Assembly: GCA_020137815.1 (NCBI GenBank)
Contig: CM035361.1
Coordinates: 4,092,001-4,156,000 of the forward strand
Length of the DNA stretch: 64,000 nt
DNA from: Hormiphora californensis
Lineage: Eukaryota; Animalia; Ctenophora
Reading direction: 5' to 3'
Shown piece by piece: positions 42,101-54,100 of the stretch. The position numbers and the translations under genes are program-made. A model generated the notes under the pieces. The model worked only from the letters and a program-made list of their open reading frames with translations, was not told the DNA's origin and made no database searches. The stretch's first letter is position 1, and each line of letters starts with the position of its first letter.

Positions 42101-45100
42101 TTCTACTGAAGGGTACGGTGTCATCACTGGAAGTTATGATGAGGACAGCAAAACTCAACAGTCTGTCCTGACAGTTGGTATGTTTCTAGCAGGAACGACC
42201 AATCAGAACTCGTTATTTAGGTCACGTGACTGGTTACCAGCCAATCAGGGACCAGTATTTCCTGATTCGGTCGGTTCCTGGTTTCTAGGAGCGATCGTAG
42301 GTTTGGGGTAACCTCGATTGGTTGGGGTGATATGTTTTACTTAAGTTTGGCGTAGGGGTAACAGCTTTCACATGTTTCTGTTTAGAGCACTGTGATACAA
42401 CTAGTATAATAGGGGTTGATCGGTCATACAATATTTAATGAATGAGCCCCACTGATCATCAACTCTAAACTAACTTTCTTCCCTTAGATGCAACACGAGC
42501 GGGCCATTCAGAAAACTCATTTGTGTGCACTGTAACGGTTGAATCTGCTGAATTCTCAACGGATATCCACGCTCATTGGTGGGGTAAGTGTTTTATCCCA
42601 TATATGGACATATAACATTGGTGGGGTAAGTGTTTTATCCCATATATGGACATATAACATTGGTGGGGTAAGTGTTTTATCCCATATATGGGCATATAAC
42701 ATTGGTGGGGTAAGTGTTTTATCCCATATATGGGCATATAACATGACATTTACGAATCATATTCTCTGTGTGGCAAGAACAATAAGAAATGAGTATACAG
42801 CGTCATTTCTGATTATAAAAATAACATATCTACCAGTAGAGATTCCCTGACAATTTAACCAATTAATTAATTTCAATCAATTAATTTTAATCAATTAATT
42901 TTAATCAATTAATTTTAATCAATTAATTTTAATCAATTAATTTTAATCAATTAATAAAGATCAATTAACTAATTTATTTCAGATGTCTCCATCACTGGAC
43001 ATGAGGTGAATACAGCCACCACCAGCTACCTCACGTGTACCGTCTATGATGTGGACTCCAACCCGACTATCACATGGAATATAGAACACGAAGTGGCTAC
43101 TTTGACACCCAGCTCATCAAGGGTAGGTGTTCAGTGCAGTAACCATGATGGTAACCATAGTAACAATGGAAATCTTTGTACAGCTTAAAACTTTGTTATA
43201 TTCTAATCTCCGGGGACTAATTACTTGGGAGCGGTGAGAGTTCAGTATACACAATACAAGCGCTAAGCATAAATTTTAATTCCAGGTGACCCAATCCCCT
43301 CGGTCCGCGGATAACCGAGTAACCTCGAAACTGGAGATAGCGAGCCCCAAGGATGTTATCAAGTACACGTGTAATGTAGAGGTGGGAGGAAATACTCGCT
43401 CCGAAATAGTTGATCTTCGCGTGTATGGTTAGTACAATCAGATTTACTGGATAGACCGGGAGGATAAACTTCCCCCGATATAGGAAATTATCAGTATTTG
43501 ATCCGATATACCGGGCGAAACCCTTTCCGCCGAGCATACCGGTAAATCGGGGTAAGGCTGTACCTGTATCTCATTTTATTTGTCCAACAGTAACACACGC
43601 CATTTCTCAGCAATAACCGCTCATGACGAGGTGACACTTAAGGGAATTGATGCTCAGCTGACCTGCAAACACAACGACTTCCAAGGCCCCATCAATTCCA
43701 CAGAGATGAAGTGGTACAAGGAGGGAGGAGAGAGTACCACGTGGAAGTGGTTTAACGGTGATGGAGGTGAGAATCAATTTTAGATTTAGCAGGAACCAAC
43801 CGAAACAAGTAAACAACCAATCAGAGCTCGTTATTTAGGTCACGTGTCTGGTTATCAGCCAATCAGGGATCAGTATTTCCTGATTCGGTCGGTTCCTGCT
43901 GTTTAGACTTTAGCCCTAAGGGGTAAGAATTGCACAGAATTTTTTTAGCGGCTCTGTTCCTTGTGATATCACAAAATCAATGATTAAATTACCAAAACCA
44001 CAAAAAAATTAGATGAGTGTTAGAAAATACCAATAACAGTCAATTAACTCATAATTCCAAACTGCAGATGAAGTTGCCACGACCAGCTACACGATTGATG
44101 AGACAGAGACTGTGATGACCATCAAAAATCCCCAGGAGGATGATACCTTCACATGCATCTTCTACTACAACCATGATGAACAATGGAAACAATTGGAATC
44201 AAGGTAACTAATTAATTAATTAATAATTAATAATTAATAATTAATAATTAATAATTAATAATTAATAATTAATAATTAATAATTAATAATTAATAATTAA
44301 TAATTAATAATTAATAATTAATAATTAATAATTAATAATTAATAATTAATAATTAATAATTAATAATTAATAATTAACAATTAATAATTAATAATTAATA
44401 ATTAATAATTAATAATTAATAATTAATAATTAATAATTAATAATTGGAATCGAGAATCAGTTAATAAATTTTGTGTCTCAAATATAGTTTTATTTTAGAG
44501 GTCGCTGGGATCGGAAAACGTTAAAATCTGGGTGTCTTCCATTGCTTACAATTCGTAGTTTTGGCGCGTGCGACGGGTTAGGGCTATCCGTTAGGGTTTG
44601 GTTAGGGTTTGGTTTGGGGTTATCGGTTAGGGCTATCGATTCTCTAACAGTTACCGTTTAGTTTACTCAAATTGGCCATGTGGTTGCGTGGCTATAGCCG
44701 TTTGAAAAAAGTCGGTCTAAGTGTACTCTTTTGGTAGCCCGCACCTGTAAACAGGCTGCAATTAGGCACCCAGATTATAATCGCGCCCGCTGGGATCAGA
44801 GCTATCTCCAAAATTCTCACTGTTGAAAAATGAAGTTATAGAGAGATTAGTGCTGCTATTCAGTATTTAATCTAATACTTAATCGTTTCCAGGACTAATA
44901 AAATACTTTATCCCTTCCAAGACTAATAAAATACTTTATCCCTTCCAAGACTAATAAAATACTTTATCCCTTCCATAACTAATAAAATACTTTATCCCTT
45001 CCATAACTAATAAAATACTTTATCCCTTCCAGGACTATAAAATACTTTATCCCTTCCATAACTAATAAAATACTTTATCCCTTCCAGGACCATTGATTAT

Positions 45101-48100
45101 GTTTGAATCTCAGATTTCGATACGGACTACACCAACTACCAGGTGGGGGAAGAGAATACTGTAACATGCAAGGTCACCTCTATTAACAAGGCTGTAACAA
45201 CACTCGCCTGGACATTGGCGTCAGGTACATATTACAATTAAACTACACATTGTACAGTTGGTATACACATGTAAATTAAAATACATTAAAACTGAAGTGT
45301 ATTACTTTCTCGTGAACTAATTTAGTGGGGAAAGGGTCGCCGCCGAAAGGATTTGGGGCACACGTATATCATTTAACACGCGTCTGAAAAATATATAACG
45401 TGTACGTCTAACACAACAGGTTCCTCTATCACTGATTCTACTGAAGGGTACGGTGTCGTCACTGGAAGTTATGATGAGGATAGCAAAACTCAACAATCTG
45501 TCCTGACAGTTGGTATGTTTCTAGCAGGAACCGACCAATCAGAACTCGTTATTTAGGTCACGTGACTGATTATCAGCCAATCAGGGACCAGTATTTCGTG
45601 ATTCGGTCGGTTCCTGGTTTCTAGGGGCGATTGGAGGTTTGGGGTAACCTCGATTGGTTGGGGTGATATGTTTTATTTAGGTTTGGCGTAGGGGTAACAG
45701 CTTTCGCTAATTATGTTTCTGTTTAGAGCGCTGTGATACAACTAGTATAATAGGGGTTGATCGGTCATACAATATTTAATGAATGAGCCCCACTGCAATC
45801 ATCAACTCTAAACTAACTTTCTTCCCTTAGATGCAACACGAGCGGGCCATTCAGAAAACTCATTTGTGTGCACTGTAACGGTTGAATCTGCTGAATTCTC
45901 AACTGATATCCACGCTCATTGGTGGGGTAAGTGTTTTATCCCATATATGGGCATATAACATTGGTGGGGTAAGTGTTTTATCCCATATATGGGCATATAA
46001 CATGACATTTACGAATCATATTCTCTGTGTGGCAAGAACAATAAGAAATGAGTATACAGCGTCATTTCTGATTATAAAAATAACATATCTACCAGTAGAG
46101 ATTCCCTGACAATTTAACCAATTAATTAATTTCAATCAATTAATTTTAATCAATTAATTTTAATCAATTAATTTTAATCAATTAATTTTAATCAATTAAT
46201 TTTAATCAATTAATTTTAATCAATTAACTAATTTATTTCAGATGTCTCCATCACTGGACATGAGGTGAATACAGCCACCACCAGCTACCTCACGTGTACC
46301 GTCTATGATGTGGACTCCAACCCGACTATCACATGGAATATAGAACACGAAGTGGCTACTTTGACACCCAGCTCATCAAGGGTAGGTGTTCAGTGCAGTA
46401 ACCATGATGGTAACCATAGTAACAATGGAAATCTTTGTACAGCTTAAAACTTTGTTATATTCTAATCTCCGGGGACTAATTACTTGGGAGCGGTGAGAGT
46501 TCAGTATACACAAGCGCTAAGCATAAATTTTAATTCCAGGTGACCCAATCCCCTCGGTCCGCGGATAACCGAGTAACCTCGAAACTGGAGATAGCGAGCC
46601 CCAAGGATGTTATCAAGTACACGTGTAATGTAGAGGTGGGAGGAAATACTCGCTCCGAAATAGTTGATCTTCGCGTGTATGGTTAGTACAATCAGATTTA
46701 CTGGATAGACCGGGAGGATAAACTTCCCCCGATATAGGAAATTATCAGTATTTGATCCGATATACCGGGCGAAACCCTTTCCGCCGAGCATACCGGTAAA
46801 TCGGGGTAAGGCTGTACCTGTATCTCATTTTATTTGTCCAACAGTAACACACGCCATTTCTCAGCAATAACCGCTCATGACGAGGTGACACTTAAGGGAA
46901 TTGATGCTCAGCTGACCTGCAAACACAACGACTTCCAAGGCCCCATCAATTCCACAGAGATGAAGTGGTACAAGGAGGGAGGAGAGAGTACCACGTGGAA
47001 GTGGTTTAACGGTGATGGAGGTGAGAATCAATTTTAGATTTAGCAGGAACCAACCGAAACAAGTAAACAACCAATCAGAGCTCGTTATTTAGGTCACGTG
47101 TCTGGTTATCAGCCAATCAGGGATCAGTATTTCCTGATTCGGTCGGTTCCTGCTGTTTAGACTTTAGCCCTAAGGGGTAAGAATTGCACAGAAATTTTTT
47201 AGCGGCTCTGTTCCTTGTGATATCACAAAATCAATGATTAAATTACCAAAACCACAAAAAAATTAGATGAGTGTTAGAAAATACCAATAACAGTCAATTA
47301 ACTCATAATTCCAAACTGCAGATGAAGTTGCCACGACCAGCTACACGATTGATGAGACAGAGACTGTGATGACCATCAAAAATCCCCAGGAGGATGATAC
47401 CTTCACATGCATCTTCTACTACAACCATGATGAACAATGGAAACAATTAATAATAATTAACTAATTAATAATTAATAATTAATAATTAATAATTAATAAT
47501 TAATAATTAATAATTAATAATTAATAATTAATAATTAATAATTAATAATTAATAATTAATAATTAATAATTGGAATCGAGAATCAGTTAATAAATTTTGT
47601 GTCTCAAATATAGTTTTATTTTAGAGGTCGCTGGGATCGGAAAACGTTAAAATCTGGGTGTCTTCCATTGCTTACAATTCGTAGTTTTGGCGCGTGCGAC
47701 GGGTTAGGGCTATCCGTTAGGGTTTGGTTAGGGTTTGGTTTGGGGTTATCGGTTAGGGCTATCGATTCTCTAACAGTTACCGTTTAGTTTACTCAAATTG
47801 GCCATGTGGTTGCGTGGCTATAGCCGTTTGAAAAAAGTCGGTCTAAGTGTACTCTTTTGGTAGCCCGCACCTGTAAACAGGCTGCAATTAGGCACCCAGA
47901 TTATAATCGCGCCCGCTGGGATCAGAGCTATCTCCAAAATTCTCACTGTTGAAAAATGAAGTTATAGAGAGATTAGTGCTGCTATTCAGTATTTAATCTA
48001 ATACTTAATCGTTTCCAGGACTAATAAAATACTTTATCCCTTCCAAGACTAATAAAATACTTTATCCCTTCCAAGACTAATAAAATACTTTATCCCTTCC

Positions 48101-51100
48101 ATAACTAATAAAATACTTTATCCCTTCCATAACTAATAAAATACTTTATCCCTTCCAGGACTAATAAAATACTTTATCCCTTCCATAACTAATAAAATAC
48201 TTTATCCCTTCCAGGACCATTGCATTCGATGTGTTTGAATTCGTTACGATCGATGATATCATCAGCGTAGAGGAAGATGCCACTCCAAAGTGCTATCTTG
48301 ATGGCTATCAACTGAGCAATGACGTCACTGTCAATTGGCTTGATGACGTCACATCGGGTAAGTTACTATTATAGCAACTGATTTTCAGTAACTTCAGGGT
48401 CACCATAGTAACGGTAGAAATAAGAACGGTGTTATGCTGGTTGATGTTTTGTACCGTATCTATTCATAACAAACCAGAAACCTATAAAATTATTCATCCA
48501 CTGTTTTAGTTCTATTCATCTTGGTAACCATAGCAACCTGTTTTAGGTCTATTTATCTCTGAGGATAACGTGCTGATGGTCAGTAAAGTAGAGAACGGAG
48601 TCCGAAGGGTGGGCTCGGTATGTAATGACAACGGAGCCTTCACGGACGCCACCGCAACCAATATCTGTAAGGGTATCTTCGGCTTCTCCGGTGGTCTCAA
48701 GAGATCAACGACCAACGATAAATACGCTTATGTCAGCGAGTAAGTTAATTAACCAATTAATTAGTTAAATACTTAATGAAGAGATGATTAGTAATTCTTG
48801 CAACATGAAACTCTTGTCATTTGACCTGATATAATTTACTGTTAAACGTTAATTTAAAATGAGGTCCCCAGAGATGTCAGTATCAAGTGACTGAATAGGC
48901 CCAGGCCTGTCATAATTGACCATAGATTTATACTTTCTTTCCACTAAGGGCCAAGTTTGAGAGTACTGAGATAACTGCAACGGCGCTATCCTGCCCCGCC
49001 TCCGCTACCACTCTAGCTGATTGTACCATTACCTACCGACCACTGGACTACTCTGACGACTCAGGGTGTACCCAGCAAGATGCCGTCATTCTTTTCTGTG
49101 ATGGTGTTGTCCCAGGTAACTGCACGTGTAATTTATTGGAGTCGTGCCAATGTAACTGCACGTGTAATTTATTGGTGTTGTACCAGGTAACTGCACGTGT
49201 AATTTATTGGTGTTGTACCAGGTAACTGCACGTGTAATTTATTGGTGTTGTCCCAGGTAACTGCACGTGCAATTTATTGGAGTCGTGCCAATGTAACTGC
49301 ACGTGTAATTTATTGGAGCCAATGTACACGATTATGAGTCTGTTGCAAGTTCTAATTGTTCATATTTTACATCAAACATATTATCCAGATAAATAATTTT
49401 CATGACATATTTTCAGATCCAGTACACAGGGAGAACCTGTCTCAACAGTGGAGGAGAGATGACACCCTGACAATTCCCGCTGGAAGTATCTCCAAGAACA
49501 TGGACTATCTGTGTGGAGCTAGTTTCATCTTGGGTGATCACGATAAGAGCTTCTACGCTGTTCCCAAAGTCAACGTAGATTTCATCAGTGAGTGCATAAA
49601 TATCAATGAATGAGATCTGTTCAGGATTAAATGTGCATAAAATTTAGGAGTCACCATATCTGCCCCCTTTTTGATAATCAGCGACCTCAGATGTAATGAG
49701 AGTAGCAGGTGTTCAACAACCAATAAACTAATTATTTAACTAGCTAAACTAAACAATTAAATTAACTAGATAACGAAATAATACAGCTGTATTTAGGATG
49801 CTTTAATTAACGAGATAACTAGATAACTACTTAACTAATTAACCAACTATTTCTTCCAGCTATCACAAAGGAGAACCACATCATTCAAGAGGGAAACACG
49901 ATATCTTTGACATGCCACTATTCCAACATTGACAGCCAATTCGAGGTTGAGGAGTTCAAGTGGTACGTCATTGATAAATAGAAAGTTACTGATGATTGGT
50001 GCCTCCTCGTGGGGCATCATGAAACATTTGTATAGACCTTAAAAACTTCCGTTGTTTTTAATTTGTATAATTAGAAAGTTAATATTAACAATTATTATTC
50101 AATAAGTTAACTTTTGTTCCCTCAGGGCCATGACTAACACTGCTAAAAATGAGGATAATTATGAAACTACCCTTCTTGACTTCATTGAAACCGGGGATAG
50201 AGTTCTGAAGGCATGGATTGATAACACTGATTATAACATTCACGAAGGTCAGATTATCAAGCTAATCAATTAATAATTTATCAAATCAGATGATTAATTT
50301 ATCGTCCATCATATGTGATCTGATTATCTAATTATCGGTTATGTAATGTGATCTGATTCTACATTTCTGTAACCCCGTCATGTGATCCTACAGGCGAATG
50401 GACATGCACGTTGAAATACACAAGGAACGAGAACCTGAGTGTTTACAGGACATTTACCCGTAAACAATGGCTAGATATTCCAGGTAATTAACTTCACATT
50501 CAATGCATTTTCATAATACTATTTAATAAGGGGAAATGGAAGTGAGTAATTTGGACCAACAGCATACTGTAAACAAGGGTTCCCAAATCCCACCTTCTAG
50601 TTCTATCTAAAACTAACACGTGCACTTTCTCAACAGCATTCATCCACTTTGGATCTCAACAAACCTACATGTTTCCTTTGTTTACCAAGTGATAGCAACC
50701 ACCTTGGATACCATAGCAACTAAAATTTTAACATTTCAGCATTCATCCACTTTGGACCTCAACAAACCTACATTTCTAACTACGTGAACGCGGAGGGTGA
50801 TGAGGGAATTTTCAAGTGTGATGCCAGACGAACTATCTATGGTCGGTCACTAGAACCTGCATACACATGGACCGTGGAAGGAACGGACAGGACTGACGAG
50901 AGTCAAGTTTGGAGTAAGTGAAAATCATCACCATGATTCTACTATCAATATTATTTCATTAGTAACCATGACAACAATATTATGTAACCATGACACCACC
51001 CCCAGCCCGTATCTCGGACCGGACATTCAAGGCGGCGAACACTTCAAAGTTCAGCCACTACATGAAGGTCGCTCCACTCTACTTCAAAACAACCCAGACA

Positions 51101-54100
51101 TCTGGATCACTGACAATGGACTTTTATTCGGAGGAGGACAAGAAGGGATCTATGAAGATCAGCTGGATTACCTCCGGAACAACAAAATTGGTCAAGTTGG
51201 ATGCTGATGATTGTTCACAACAGGTATATAATGTATGGAAACCATGGTAACTATGATGCATTGAATCATAGTTGCCATAGTTACAGTTGCAGTAATTAAG
51301 TGCTTTTACTTCCTGGTAAGCCATGCAATGAATTAATGTAATCAAATGATAATATTTCCCAATTATAATGACCTAATATCATTATTGCAGTCGATATCTC
51401 ACAATCACTCACCGACGGAGTGGAACTTTGGCTTGGAGCGAGATCACCTGGAGATATTCGTTGGTACCTCAAAGGTATGTTTACAATTATAGTTACCATG
51501 GTTACCACTTCGGGTCACATGGTAACACTGTACTTTTCCGAATGTGCTTATATTCAAATGATCCTCATTAATCATAGGTGCTTGATTTTGAGTTCTCCGA
51601 TGATTCCCATGCGTGTGAGCAAGCGATGGGACAATTCTAATGTCGATGAGGTCCGGTTCGCTTCTTCCGTCGATGGATACTTTGATGAACACACAGCAGG
51701 TCAGTTTGTACATGGTAATTATTAGGAAAATGTCCCCTGTACCGTTGGTACAGTACCAATAAGGTCAGGCGACTGTTAAATCGAATGAAAACTGTTGTTA
51801 TCAATTTACATAATATTTTCTCCTTACTCAGAGTATGGTATGAGTGTACTCGGTTCTCGATGATACCGTATCTAGCTGAAGATAAGGAAAAGGTGGACTG
51901 TACTGCCAAATACATGAATGATGACAGCCCTTATGAGATACTGGCAGAACACCAACATTATGTATTCAGTAAGTTACTCCTTTATCAAACATAATGTCTC
52001 CAATATGTTGCTCCTTCATCAAAAATATTGTCTCCAATATGTTGCTCCTTTATGAAACCAATCAACTGACAACTTCCCCCCTCCCTAACAGAGGTTACTG
52101 ACGCACCGACGGTGGAACTATTTACGCCTGAAGCCGGTAATCCCTCCTATTCACGTGTACTGCAAGTGGTAGTGTGAGGTATCTTGATGATGTCACGTGG
52201 CGAATAGGTTCGTGGGATTTTGATACTGAAGTTTTTTGCGGGAAAAAAGTATCCCATACGACAAACATTGAATCTCTTTTATGCAGTGATTAAATGTGTA
52301 TTTCGAAAGGACACACTTCCTAATTATGTGATGAAATTAATCAAATTAATTAAATTTAAACTCTCCGCAGACTCAGGTGCGGTTACTAAAACGATCAGCG
52401 AAAACCTACACTACCACTGCGGGTGATCCCTCCGTCTACATCGATCTTCACCATAGCCTCACCAGCTAAGGCTGACAAGATGGTGTACACATGTGTCCTA
52501 TCATTTGATGATACAATGCACGTACCAAACTACTACTACGAGTTCGATCTGATTGAAGTGTTCCGTAAGTAACTATCAGTAGAAAATACTAATTATAGCT
52601 GGTAGTTAAAACTGAGTTTATTGAGGGCTATCATGGTTTCAAAATAAACCAGGTCTGTTATAATTTACAGAATTTTAATGTCCGTTGTCAATTTCATTGC
52701 AGAAATAACGAAGCCACCTGTTCTGAACACCCCAACTTTGATTGCTGGCTACATGGCTACCTATGATGTCACTGTGGAGGGACAATACACCTACTTCCCC
52801 AGCATGTGAGAGATATTCAATGCCCACGGGGTCTATTTTGGGCGGGATTTTGGAACCTCATTTTGCTGAGGGCCGGGATTGCTATCACCTCCCCTTTTTA
52901 ATTAACTAATTGCATACCACTAATAAATTAACTAATTACAGGACATACCACTAATTGATTGACTAATTACAGGACACACCACTAATTTATTGACTAATTA
53001 CAAGACACACCACTAATTAATTAATTAACTAATTACAGGACATACCACTAATTAATTAACTAATTACAGGACATACCAGTGGTACAGAGTTCGATCTGGA
53101 TCTCCTGACTTCCTTCTCAACCAAGACTCCAACGTGGTATCCCACACAAGCACCGTCAGTACTGGTCAGCTCTTCCATCCTGTGGCAGATGCAGATAAGT
53201 ACTACGTTGTCGTCACATGGCACGGAAAGTACCAGACGCTGACCAAGACCTCCGTGCAAGCATCACTTGACATTGTTGGTAAGTTGGAGTTTGACAAAGA
53301 TTTCAGTCCCAGTGAACAGAACGTAGCAAAACAACCAAATAATTATCGATCTCGACCTCTCTTCAGATAGATTAATTAGCAACCCTCTCTTTCTTCAGAT
53401 AGTTGTAAATTGGATCATGTCGACTACAAGGTTGGCGGAGTTACTAACATCAATAACAATGATGATTACATTATCAACGGCGTGGTAAGACTGTTTGTCT
53501 GTTTGTATGTTTGGCTATCTTTTTGTATGAAATCAACATACATGACGACTTTGCTGGAACTCAATGCAACAACAAATCGTTTCCACACTGTGAATGCAAC
53601 CCCCTCCTACCCTGTCAGAGCATTGGCCTGATAGCTCCTACCCCTTTGCCTTCCTCCTCATCTCAAACATATATCTGAGATTTATCAATTCAACCCACCC
53701 CATCAGGTTGTCGAACTAACTTGTGACGCGGGATACATCCAGCCTCAACCGGTGGCAGCTACTAGTTACAAGGTTACTTGTGCTACTCAGACTTCCACTG
53801 ATGATGGCATCAAATTCAAGGCTTGTATTGGTAAGTCCCAATTCGAAATTAAATTCACATGTACTTTGCGTCGGTAAGTCCTTTTGAGGTTTTAGTGATC
53901 CTGCAAAGTGCTCAATCCGTGTCGGTAAGAAGATCTGCTGATAAGAAATATCTTTTATTTTAATTAGCTGATAAACTATAATGAGTGTTTCCATAACGAG
54001 GTCCTTCCTAGTGTCATTGAATAGCAACTGAGGCGATTAATAGTAACGACAATCATTCAAAAGTCGAAAGACCCCGATTCTATAACTATTATCGGCCAAT

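Larger units (their letters stand above)
41775..48222 (+). repeat. About 3.2-kb tandem duplication (41775-45095 / 45110-48222) covering 7 exons, about 3 Ig modules
   Basis: Identical ORFs in both halves (e.g. 43006/46265, 43580/46834). Confidence 0.92.

Noticed and set aside
44575-44636. Interstitial telomere
   Set aside because: Few degenerate TTAGGG units inside a TIR/TSD-bounded element.
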